From contig OX597819.1 of NCBI GenBank assembly GCA_951406725.2, forward strand, positions 29,078,001-29,142,000: a stretch of 64,000 nt of DNA, in the 5' to 3' direction. Positions 51,728-64,000 of the stretch are shown piece after piece. The position numbers were made by a program, and so were the translations under genes. Source of the DNA: Octopus vulgaris. Taxonomy: Eukaryota. The notes below the pieces were generated by a model that ran no database searches, was not told the DNA's origin, and saw nothing but the letters and a program-made list of their open reading frames with translations. How positions within the stretch are numbered: position 1 is the stretch's first letter; the number at the start of each line of letters is the position of its first letter.

Positions 51728-52419
51728 TTAAACATGTGAATATTATGATTTCATGTTAGCAATAAATTTGTATTTAAACCTACAGCACTTGTCAAGGCTT
51801 AAAATTTTCTTGGCTTTAAACAGTTCATAGAGATTATGTAGTTTGATGAATATCAAAGTAATTTATCGTTTTTACTTAATAGACAATCACTAAATTGCAG
51901 ATGATATACTCAGCTTTTTAATTCTTTTGGCATAACACTTAATATGGTTGTTGAATCCAAATACTAAATCTAAATGAAAATTAACTTTTCTTTGACTTGA
52001 AATTACTCTAAGCAAGGGCACACAGGTCGCTATTAGGTAAAGGGTTAGAGGAAAGGAGAACTTGTAAACTGGGCAAACTACAGATTTCTCTCATGAACTA
52101 GGTGAGCAGTTTTTCTTGAGACAACAGTTGTAAAACCTAGCTAGAAGTGGAAGTACCTCATGGGATAGGTTTTCAACACAATAACTTAGATTTGATCAGG
52201 ACCAATCTAGCTTTACACAGATTAAGATCATTTATAAGTTTGGAAATATCCTTGATTGACTCTCCAAATTCAGAAACAAAGCAGTTAATTCAAGTTGGAG
52301 AGTTGGAAGCAAAAAATGGTCAGAGTGGAGTTTGATGCAAGGTTCTTGAGCAAGTAACTTAGCTTTTACTGAAGATAAGATTACTTCAAGCCCATTGTGA
52401 GAATAGTATCATTTTAACA

Positions 52420-52635
52420 TCTACTCCCCATAACTCACTTGAACCAAACCTTTCTTGATCAAGTTGTTTTTGACTAGATTCAGAACATCCAGCCTTGGTG
52501 TGCCCTTTAAGAATATATTTCTCATGGGTCATTATTTTAAGAACTACTCCCCATCATTAAGTTGAACCAAACCTTTCTAGATCAAGTTGCTTTTAAACAT
52601 ATTCAGTATAGCCTGTCTTGGTGTGCCTTAATGCT
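52420..52635. repeat. diverged direct repeat, period ~123 bp
   Basis: CTACTCCCC..TTGAACCAAACCTTTCT.GATCAAGTTG..CTTGGTGTGCC at ~52421 and ~52544. Confidence 0.85.
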
Positions 52636-54954
52636 CTTTCTAGCATTGATTACAAGTAGAGCAGAAGGTTGCTACAATAGTGTCATATCCATTTTGGTGG
52701 TAGAGAAGGAAATAGCAGTTGTGATGAGTTGTAGCAGCAGCACATTCCAGAGTAAACCAAGGTTAAGAGTTAAGCTTTAGTTGGTAGTTTTGATATAGGG
52801 AGAAGGAAAAATTATTGAACCCAACCAGGGTCTAGTCAGCCAAGAGGGATGCAATCTTTTATTTTCTTGATCTACAAAAACATTCAAGTTGAGAATCAGT
52901 CAGGAAAGAATGGAATCATTTCTATTATGATTTAGAATGCCTGAATATAGTCTGATGGAATAGCACATCAAAAAATTATTTACCAGATCTAAGAACTTTG
53001 TATTTCACTAATAAAATGATGCTGTGTGACAGAGAGATATACTAGACATATATCCAATACACTAAATTAGAATAGAAAAAGCGATGACGGTAAAAATTAT
53101 GCCCTAATTTTCTAGAAACAAGTTTGATTTATGTTTTACATAAACTAAAAATAAATAAAAAATATTGGAAAAGGGCTTATAATTTCTAGTAAGCCTGACC
53201 TACTCTACAAGTATCAAGCTAAAGTCAATATTGAAAGAAAACTAATATTTGCATATGAATGAAAGAAATAACTGCTAAGGTATTCACATTTGAAACAGAA
53301 AATGTAAACCAGACCACCGATGTGATCTGAACTATTGATCTGTTGCTTATTGAATAACTCTATTGTCAATTACTCTACAGATCACTTTCCAGGTATTTCA
53401 CTGCATCTTTTATGCTAGTTTATTTAAAAATTTTTTAATCAAAACTGTTTTTTCTACTGTTCTATTTATATATCTACAAGATAATTAGTCATTTAGCGAA
53501 GCAGTCACATTTCACAAAAGAGTGACTGATGAAAAGCAAGAACTGCTTGGTATAAAATATTTGTTTTGTAAAATACATGGTGAGGTAAAAAGAAAAAAAA
53601 TCTATCAGCTTCTTGCTAGTATTAAAAGAATTGATATAAAATACATAAAACAAAGACAATTTGTGGTAAACTTTAATAAATCACATCTTTTTAAATTAAA
53701 GCTTTAAGAATACCTCTATAAAAAAAATACTTTACTTAACTTTCTAATTTTTAAAACAGTTTAATTAAGCTATTTAAAAATAGTTTAATTAAAATATATT
53801 GAATAGTAGAAAATATATTAAATTTGTAGAACATTTTAACTTGGCAATATAAAACTTGAACAGAAATTTTTATTTAGTTTCATTTAAATTTTGTAAAAAA
53901 TAAATAACCATATAATGTAATAAAATAGTTGATTGAACTGATTAGAATACAAATTCCATGAGTAGACTTTACTGACAAAATGCCAAGGTTCCTGTGAAAG
54001 TATGAATGTCACGAATGTAAAGTATACCTCTTCTATAAATTTAATACTTCTGGAATGTTTTACAGAATAGAAAACCCCTTTAGCGTATCTTCCATGATAC
54101 ACTGTCATAAGGAGCAACATTCAGAAATGAATGTAAATTATTTATGTGCAGATTGCGACCAGAAGTATCTACCAAGAAGTGATCAATCATACTGATTTCT
54201 GCCAAATATATGGTACTGTCAATTCCAACAATGACCTCAACTGACTGATTGAAGCCTTCAACTATTCTCATTTTGAAGCCATTTTTATTTGTTTCTACTC
54301 AGACACTGGACACCTGGGGTGCAGGTTGTAACTTTATCTTCATGAAACTTCAAGTAATGTAGGGCTATATAACTTGACTTTTTCATACACACACACACAC
54401 ATGCAAAATGGTCAAAGTAGTTGGATTGTTGGCCTCACAATCATAAGGTCATGAGTTCAAATCCTTGAGCAAAGTACTTCATTTTATGTTGCTTCAGCTA
54501 AAAATGAGTACCAGCTCACTGCTGCTGGTGCCACCCTCTCTTCAGCCCCAATGTTCTGCTGGGTTAAAGGAAGGAGGACTGAAAACATATCTATATCCAC
54601 CTGTGAGTACATAGGCATCTAAAACAGTTAGCAAAAGTATATTACAAGGTCATACTTGCTTGTTAATGATTTTTAGATATTCCCCATCCTGATTCACTGT
54701 CTGTATCCTCTCTTGTGCTACTCTTCTTGTACCTTCAGGATTTTCTCTGGTACTCCAGCACTACCATCTTACTTTCCAGCTAATCTCACCCACCCTTATA
54801 AAATGTAGACTAATCATGTATATTCTCCATAGGTAGACACCTACACTTGTTCTTTTAGTATACTTTTGCCTCTCAACACCCAGCATAAAATCACCTCCTT
54901 CTTCTCAAATACTTAGTTGAGGGGATTTTACTTTGTCCTTTTCCTGCTTTTTTC

Positions 54955-55180
54955 CTGTCTTGCAAGTCACTTGGTGACCTTACAAGTGCTAGTAGCATGA
55001 GAAAAAGCACCCAGTACATATTGTAAAATGGCAAGCATTAGGAAGAGCATCTGGCCATAGAAACAATGCTAAGGCTGACAGTGGAGCTTGACACAGACTT
55101 GCAGCTTGCTGGATCTTGTCATACTGTTCAACCCATGCCAGCATGAAAATGGATGTTAACTGATAATGATGATGATGATA
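54955..55180 (+). mobile_element. RTE-tail element (family C)
   Basis: AAAAGCACCCAGTAC..AGGAAGAGCATC..AACCCATGCCAGCATG..GATGATGAT. Confidence 0.8.
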
Positions 55181-55259
55181 ATATCTTACATTACATAAAA
55201 AAAAAAAAGAAATCTATAGACTGGCAAATATTCCAATAATTGAAATGGTTTTTAGTTAC

Positions 55260-55310
55260 CTGGTTATTCATAGCGGGTGACTTGGTAGCAAATATAATCC
55301 AGAGATATAT
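55260..55310 (-). CDS. candidate 51-nt spliced exon of an unidentified host gene
   Basis: Polypyrimidine tract TTTTTTTTCTCTTTGTTCTT plus TATAG acceptor; CAG/GTAACT donor; open phase-0 frame IYLWIIFATKSPAMNNQ; no homology recognised. Confidence 0.3.
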
Positions 55311-55704
55311 CTATACACCAAGAACAAAGAGAAAAAAAATGCATTAAAATTAGTGACGGGAAACAGGAAAAAATAAAAGACATTTTCTGAAAGATTGAGA
55401 TAGATAAAATGTATATACATGTGAATATTTTTCTGAGGTGATTTCCTAAAGGAATATGAAAAAATAATATCAATATGGAGATTTGTATCAATAGTGAAAG
55501 CCTAAAAATAAAATATGAATTCAATAAGTAGGGTAAAAGCTATAGTGAAAAGCTGCTTGAACAATATAGGTAGCAAGACTGATGACAACAACAATTATGA
55601 TGATGATGATGTAGCAGATATACAGATATACACATGAGCTGTTAGTAGTAAGAGCATCCATGAAATGAATCATTTCAGATATTTGGAAGGCTCCCTAGTT
55701 TCAC

Positions 55705-56045
55705 TTCATCATTTTAATGTCCATTTTTCCATGCCTGCGTGGGTCAAGCAAAGTTTACTGAGGCAGATTTTTTACAGCCGGATGCCCTTCTTGTCACCAA
55801 ACCTCACTTGTTTCCAAGCGAGGTAGTATTTCCTTACTTGACCTGACATTGGAAATGACCAGACATTGCTGTACAATATTGGAAACGAATGATACTGGTT
55901 GTATGAAGGTGACACTCATGACTACCACATAATGTCAAGATAAGGCGATAAACACCCACACCCACACATAACAGGATTATTTCTGATTCCATCTACTACA
56001 TCCATTCACAAGGTTTTGGTTGGCGAGGGCTATGATAGAAGACAT
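55705..56045 (-). mobile_element. family-C-type tail joined to a family A piece
   Basis: CATCATTTTAATGTCCATTTTTCCATGC..GGATGCCCTTC. Confidence 0.7.
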
Positions 56046-56089
56046 ATAAGTAATCTAATTAATAGTGGAAATGACTGTTCTGAAAAGTA

Positions 56090-56615
56090 TACTAGCTTGA
56101 GTTCAAGAGATTAATACCTCTGTTGCTAACATAAGGATTCACTCTCTGAATGAGGGGCAGATTGTATGATGCTTGATGCTTGTGTATGAAAGGTGATGTT
56201 GCATGAAACTGAAATATGGGTACTGAATATGGAAGGTGTGTGAAGGCTGAAAAGAAATAAGGTGAGTGTGTTCTGCTGGATATGTAATGCTAGTTTGCAT
56301 GTATGTTGAAGCACAAATGAACTGAGAGAAATGCTGGGTATAAAAAGAAATCCGATATAGTGTACAAGAGCTGGTCTGGATTTATTACATAAGTAATGGA
56401 TGACAATTGAATAAACAAGTGACGAATATCCAAGATGAAAGAACCTATGGAAGAGGATGGCTGATGGAGACATGGCTAGAAGTAGGGAATTCTGATCTCA
56501 AAAGGCTGATCCTCATAAAGGAGATAACAAAAGCCTGCAACACATGATGAGATGTTGCGCTAGAGACAACCTGAACAGCCCATAGCCACACATCCATGCT
56601 TTGATCTCAAAATGA
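56090..56615 (+). mobile_element. RTE LINE C-terminal fragment
   Basis: GRLYDA..VMLHETEIWVLNMEGV*RLKRNKVSVFCWICN..ELREMLGIK. Confidence 0.75.
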
Positions 56616-56639
56616 TGATAAATATAATATAATTATAGT

Positions 56640-57060
56640 AGGCTGCAGGCATGGCTGTCTGGTAAGAAGCGTATAATCCAACCACATGGTTCTGGGTTCA
56701 GTGTCACTGTATGGCACCTTGGGCATGTGTCTTTTACTATAGCTTCAGACCAACCAAAGCCTTATCAGTGGGTTTGGTAGATGGCAACTGAAAGAAGCCT
56801 GTTGTGTACATATATATATATTTATGTATGTGTGTCTGTGTTTGTAACCCCACCATTGCTTGACAATTGACACTGGTGTACTTACATCGCTGTAACTTAG
56901 CAGTTTGGCAAAAGAGACCAATAGAATAAGTACTAGGCTTACAGCAAATAAATCCTGGGGTCGATTTCTTTGGCTAAAACCCTTTAACGTGGTGCTCCAG
57001 CATGGCCACAGTCAAATGACTCAAACATGTAGCAAAAAAAAAGAATAAAAAAAAAGAATA
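56640..57060 (+). mobile_element. SINE family A
   Basis: Full head, core and tail. Confidence 0.9.
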
Positions 57061-57839
57061 ATGATGTTTAATGTGTTAGATTATTAACATATTTATCTTT
57101 ATATGACTTGGTTTAAAAAAAAAATCTGTTATTTTCTAATATGTTAACATTACTCGTTCATGTGTTCCAATAGCTGAGACATATTAAAACTGAAGGATCT
57201 GTGATATTTCTACAAGGCTGATGCCAACTTCAAAATAATTTGAACATATATCAAGCTGAGACTTATTTATGTAACTTAAAAATTATGCAACTACAACAAT
57301 TAAGAATTAATTTTTCAATCTGCTAATATTGCGGTTGGTGACAGAAAGTAAAGTCATCGCCAAAACTTCCACATTTCTGTTGTTACTATGGTTTCAGTTG
57401 TAACTGCGATAAAGTTGTTTAATCTATGATAAAAACAAACAACATAGTAAGAACAGGCGAATAGAAAAGATGACAGTGATCTTATTGTTACTGCTGATGG
57501 TGATAAAGGAAGCAATAATGTAAATGGTATTTGAAAAAAATGTTGACACTCCTGCTGATAGTAATTTCTTGTTGTTAACGATGATGATGATGATTTTGAT
57601 TAGAAATTGAATGACCTTTTGAAAACTGATCTGATAAATAGGAGGAACAGTTTCCATAAATGTTGGAGTGCATTAAGGAGACTTATAACACAGGAAGGAA
57701 ACTTTAGAATTTAATCTATGCTTAGTTGAATGATGTATGTAATCCACCTGCTGTTTGCTGCACAGCCTGGCCTTTTTACTGACATACAAAGAAAAAATCA
57801 CCACTTTTGGATTTGACTGAGTCTGTGACTGATTATGGT

Positions 57840-58000
57840 AGTTGATTGGCAGAATCATTAGAGCATTGTATAAATAACTTGCAGTAATTGTTCTGGCTCT
57901 TTGCATTCTGAGTTCAAATCTTGCTGAAGTCATCTCTGCATTGCATTCTTCAGATTGATAAATGAAGTAGCAGTCAAATACTGGGAGTTGATTTCTTTCA
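57840..58000 (+). mobile_element. SINE family B, degenerate
   Basis: TGGCAGAATCATTAG..TTCTGAGTTCAAATCTTGCTGA. Confidence 0.7.
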
Positions 58001-59234
58001 CTCTCAGAATTGGCTGTACTGAGCTATGAGAGAATCCTGGGAGTGACTACTTCTTCAAAAAGTGGAGAAGACTTGAATAAGGGACTAGTAACTGTCTTTT
58101 CTATAGCATGTAACAAACATCATCTAAATAAACCACCATAGAATATGATGGACAGGAATATGCTATATGGCATGGAATGATTAAGAAAAACAAATCCAAT
58201 TAATTCTGATTTAAGAAAATTGACGACATTATAAATTACAACAATATTGAGCTGTAAGTATCATTAGCTCAGATAATTGCATTTTGATAACAGGTATTAA
58301 AGATATATTTATTACTTCTGATGAAAATCTCTGCAGATATCCAAGTTTCTTTCCTAATCTATCAACTTGTGGTTGTATTAGCAAGTATAACTTTTACTGA
58401 TTCCAGCTAGATATTATCTAACTATAACTAATCCAGTAATCCCTGGTGTAGTATCTAAATTGCATGGCAAGATTATATATCAAAGTTGCTAAGGGGTTAA
58501 GTAGATGGAATATTCATGTGAAGCCCTACGACTGATATGTGCTCTGCTCTTTCACAAGAGATAATTCTCTATTTATTTCAGTTTGTTGCTGAGACTACGC
58601 AATCATTACAATTTCTCAGATGTGTGATTGGTTATTTCAAAAGGTATCTGATGAGACACCTTTAATCCATAAGGTTTACCAACAAAGTTAATGCTGACCT
58701 TTTGGGCTCCATGGTCATATTCAGAGAGTTAATAGACTCTTAAGCAATCTTGTGTGACCAATAATGGCCTTCAGTGTTATTTGTATTATCTATGAATGCT
58801 GTGTTTACAAAGTATGTGAGAAGGTGGTGGTGGTGGTGGTGTAAATAATTATTGACTAAATAAGAAGCCGAAGAAGAAAAATGTAAAAATACATAGCACT
58901 ACAATTTATCTACAAGACCGATACAATTATATGTTAAGACTTATAAACATTAATTTTACATTTTATTACAGAAATTTGTTCTAGAAACAATGAAATAAAC
59001 AGTTTGATACTGTATTATTAAAATAAATAAATATCAGTGCTACATTAGAAGTTGTCAGCATGAGCAGCAATACATGTTTGCCATATTTTTATTGATCTAT
59101 TTATTTCTAATAGTGAGATGGAATGGTAAAGCACCAGATTAAATGCTTGGTAATGATTTCCTATTTTTTACTTGCTGAGTCTGTAGGAAAGGGCAGTGCC
59201 CATGCCTTTTGCATGCTTTCTGACACTAATGGGT

Positions 59235-59990
<756 letters not shown>

Positions 59991-60244
59991 TAAATCCATT
60001 AGATCCTCCTTTACAAGCTTGTTACAGTGTAACATAATTGGAAAACATTTTAAATTCTAACATGGCAGTTTAGGGGCAAATACTAAATTAAGCCATTAGC
60101 AAGTCTTGGCATGTAATGAAAATATATAATGTGTCTAGAATTGTTGTTTTTTTAAACAACTCAGAAAATAAGTTGCCAATCATTTTACCTAGTTATGTCA
60201 CATGTTTGGACATGTTGATAATCAGTGTCAATGCAAGACTAGAA

Positions 60245-60465
60245 CTGGAAGGGGTGGCTGGCTGTTGGTAAAGGGAAGGGATGGGTGACAGAGAATCAAG
60301 GGATGGAGTGGTTGACAAAGGATCTAAGAAAGAAATGACTGACTGAGGATCAAGAAAAGGGGCCGTTGGCAGATGGTCAAAAAGCGGTGAGGTTGGAAGA
60401 TAATTAAGGAACAGGGGTGGTCGACAGAAGAACAAAAAAAGGCTGGCTGACAGGATCAAGAAGTC
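60245..60465. repeat. degenerate 27-bp minisatellite
   Basis: About 8 units of GGAAGGGGTGGTTGACAGAGGATCAAG-like sequence. Confidence 0.75.
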
Positions 60466-62189
60466 TTTGAAGAAGCAACAGAAGAATACTGTTGTTGGAT
60501 CATTAATAAAGCAGATAAATCTCAACTCTGCTGTTGGGGTGCCCAACCTCCTTGTAGCTGGAGATCAAACCCTACACCTAGGTGACCCAACCTCCTTAAA
60601 ATTAGAGGATGTAACCCCTTACAGCTAGGAGATCTAACTCTACCTAAGTAGAAATAATGTATCACACTAATAGTCACAACAGAAGTCTGCCATAGACTTA
60701 GATTTATGATCCATGATTCGATAGTTTAAGATGTTACTAATATATTAATAAGGAATCTCTACTTAGTTGTTTGACCTGGTAGAAATAGCAGTCAAATGCC
60801 CTTCAAATCTTTTCCTACTGCCTTAAAAAATAGTTACATAGAATAATGTAGTCTAAATAAAAAAAGGGGATAGGGAAAGCTTTTGATTATAGTCCTGCTT
60901 GCTCAAGGCTGGGGTTAAACAATAGTCAACAGTAATACATGATCAATTCTACTATTTCAGCACCGTACTTGGTGCTAAAAAACTAATTTCAATAATATGG
61001 GTAGCAATGTCAACATTTGTTGAACCATCTAATCTAAAGTATGGAGGATAAATAGATGCCAAAGCATAAAATGAGAATACACAAGGTTGTGGTATATTCG
61101 ATAGACATTAATGAAAATGAGGTAGCTTATGGTTTTAATATTTCTCATTTCTTACATTAAAGACCATTAATATTATGACAGGCAAGTAGTGAATTTGGAA
61201 GAAGCAATAGAGGATTGGATAAATTTCTGTGTTTAAAAGTCATTTGGAGGTTGGTTTTACATTTCATCCCTTCAGAGATCAATAAACTAAAATATGGAAT
61301 ATTGTTTTGGTACAATGTGATCCACTGTTCTCCACTGCTTCAACATTTGGAATCGAGCATCCTGGAAAGAAGTTCATTTTACAGAAAGACAAAGTAATCA
61401 GTTGATAAGGGAACCCTACTTCTACTTTAGATGCTTTGATATGCAACATTGTCAACATAAACAGCCGACGAGACAGGGTAATAATGTGAAAAGTTGTAGT
61501 AGGTCAACACAAGTGCTCTTGTTGATTACTTAGTTAAGCTCTTTCCTCCCTATGAAGAATGAGCTATTGAGAACTTTTCTTCATTGTTCTCAACTATGTC
61601 GCCTTTTTTCTCGAGCTTTGTTGGTTTTTAATTGTTATTAATGCTCCTATATCTTTGCTTTTATCTAGGAAGGCATGTTGGCACTTTGCAAACCTATATA
61701 TATATTTTTTTAACTTCTGGGAAAAGGCGGGCTATGCTATTTTGGTCTATTGTTTTGACCCCCCCCCCCCCACCTCTCTCATAAACAGTCCTACCAGGAA
61801 CTTGCATTAAACTGGCAGAGCTCTCAGAATTTTTGAGGAATACAAGTCACTGCACAACAAAATAGCAACTACACTATCTACTCTCAGAGAATTCACTCTC
61901 TCATCAAAAAAAACCCAAAAAATCCAACAGCTTTATTATACTTTCTTCAATGATTTTATGTACTTTAAGCAGGTTGTGTTCTTTGATTTCAATATAACAA
62001 GAAAGCAGGACTGTTTCCTAGAGAGTAGTGATGGGCATATCCTCGTTCATGGGTGAAATTTTGCCCATAATAAAATTTCAGATCTTTGCAGGTAGAGTTT
62101 TTAAACACTTCCCCTTGTTCTAGTCATTGGCCTCCAATCATGCAGGGACACTGTCTTGAAAGAATTTTAATCAATATTATCAATATTAT

Positions 62190-62410
62190 CTCATGCGGTG
62201 TCACATAAAAGCACCTGTATGGTGACACAAGAAAGCATCCAGCACACTCAAGTACAGTGGTTGGTGTTAGGAAGGGGCATCCAGCCATAGAAACCATGCC
62301 AAATCAAGCTGGAGTCTTGTGCAGCTCCCTAGCTCGCCAACTGGTCAAACCACCCAACCCATGCCAGCATAGATAAGTGAAGATGATGATGATGATGATG
62401 ATAATGATAC
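62190..62410 (+). mobile_element. RTE-tail element (family C)
   Basis: GGTTGGTGTTAGGAAGGGGCATCCAGCC..AACCCATGCCAGCAT..(GAT)n. Confidence 0.8.
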
Positions 62411-62945
62411 CAACCCCAGTATTTAAAGCCAGGCACTTAACTTAGTGATCACTATATCTCACTGATAGGTTATGAGACAAACACAGAAAGGCACACAAGT
62501 GACAGGCTTCCACACAGTTTTCATCTACCAACTTCACTCACATGACATCATGCAGTCTAAGTTTGCTCAAGATGACACACAGTAGACCAAATCCAAAATC
62601 CTGTGATTACAAAGATGCCTGTAGGTTCTTATGCACCTGTAAGTAACCCCCTGTAATAACAAGTGTGGGTTTCCACACCTGCTCAAGAATGAACAAGAGA
62701 CAACAACTTATCTAATTTATTTAGGCTATTTTGAGAAACTATTTAATAGTTAATTGGTTTCTGAAAATAGTCATACAAATCTATAAGTCTGATAATAAAA
62801 TAAAATTCATTTGTGGATAACCTAGGATTGAACTCTGAATACGTAATTACACTGAGGTGCATGGCTGAGAGCTCAAGAAGTTTGTTTTCTAATCACACAG
62901 TTTCAGGTTCAGCCCAATTGTGTAGCACCTTGGGCAAATGTCTCC

Positions 62946-63800
62946 AAGAGAGGAGAGGTGGGTGGGAGGAAGTAGGAGAGAGGGGGAGATAGGCAAAGGG
63001 AGGAGGTTAGATGAAGAGGGAGGAGAGTTGAATCCATGTGGCGCAAAGGAGTGAAGAGAGAAGATTAATCCCTTTTCATGACGCAAATGGGAGTCTGGAT
63101 GGCCCCTGTGCAAAGACAATCCGAACATGGACAGGCGTTGCAAAGAGTGACCGGTAGAGCAGAAATGGTGTGAGACAGGGATGTCTTGGAGGTGTTCCGC
63201 GAACTGGTCAGCCAAGCAGCGTCCTGTTTATCCGATGTACAAAGAATGGCAGAGAGAGCAGGAGATGCAATAAATGATATTGGTAGAAGTACAGGTGAAG
63301 GAGTCGGTGATGTGATAGGGTCGATGATGGGTTCCGGTGAGGAGGGTGGTGTTGGAGAAGTAAGGGGAAGTGTGGCAGCATGGGAATGAGGGAGGTTGTG
63401 TTGGGGAAGCTGTGGACCAAGAGGTCTCGTAGGTTGTGGGCTCGTTTGAAGGAGGGGAGGGAAGATGTGTGAAGTGGAGGGATCGGACTGGAGACACTGG
63501 AAAGCTCGGAGAATGGTGCGTTGGAGAGGTAGGGTGGTGGGGTGATAGGTGAAGGGAAAAGGGAAGTGGGAGATCGCAGGGCGGGTTTGGGGGAAGAGAG
63601 CAGATGCACGGTCCATGGAACATGCTCTAACAAGGGCAGTGTGGATAGTGGTGCGGGGATACTCACATAGGATGAAATGGCAAGACATGAGTTGAGACTG
63701 AGTCTCAAAGTCATGATCGTCACTACAGAGCCTGCGTAGACAGAGGAATTGGGAATAGGGGATGGAAAGCTTGGTATGTTTAGGGTGGGAGGAGGAGATA
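62946..63800 (-). mobile_element. Penelope-like element fragment (RT thumb plus GIY-YIG endonuclease), frameshifted
   Basis: SSSHPKHTKLSIPYSQFLCLRRLCSD..TYHP..FKRAHNLRDLLVHS..FTCTSTNIIYCISCSLCHSLYIG*TGR..QFAEHLQDI..PVSHHF..EKGLIFSLHSFAPHGFN; abuts a family A SINE head at 62857-62945. Confidence 0.93.
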
Positions 63801-64000
63801 CATATATGTATGTATATAATTCTAAATGAAGTATTAAAATACATATGTGCATGTATACTTATACATATATATGTATATATATGTGTGTGTGTGTGAGTGC
63901 TTGTGGCTCTGTCATATTACATGATAATTCTAAACAAGTATTATATAACAGATCTTATTCATGTATATATATATAAATGTATATGTATATATATATATAT

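Noticed and set aside
53884-54315. Overlapping minus-strand ORFs of 63 and 78 aa
   Set aside because: No recognisable protein, and not phase-compatible with the candidate exon at 55260.
58582-58643. Plus-strand AG..GT segment FVAETTQSLQFLRCVIGYFK
   Set aside because: Weak donor and no supporting neighbouring exons.
61250-61365. Strong minus-strand acceptor followed by an open frame
   Set aside because: The downstream sequence is a decayed family B SINE.

Overview
This is AT-rich, repeat-dense eukaryotic DNA, intronic or intergenic. The SINE families, the RTE tails ending in (GAT)n and the long TA/CA microsatellites point to an octopus (coleoid cephalopod) genome; that assignment is inference from family recognition. 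No intact host gene is recognisable, and almost all ORF-track entries are microsatellite or SINE artefacts; a few speculative minus-strand exons are noted. The window holds dozens of tRNA-derived SINEs from three families, RTE, CR1/Zenon, R4/Dong and HERO LINE fragments, a Penelope GIY-YIG fragment, a near-complete DD34D mariner, a DD37D maT deletion derivative, piggyBac-type and other MITEs, and a solo LTR with a 4-bp TSD. The most striking signal is ribozyme-like RNA. Two independent HERO 3' UTRs carry a non-circularly permuted hammerhead (order NUH, GAAA, then CUGANGA), with an intact core at 15038-15084. Two Penelope-type short-stem-III hammerheads also occur, one inside a tRNA-headed, TSD-flanked, inverted element. 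Other notable items are a 219-bp near-perfect inverted duplication, a LINE/SINE pair sharing a covarying 3' hairpin, and hairpin-unit tandem arrays in RTE 3' UTRs. Coordinates of old degenerate repeats are approximate.
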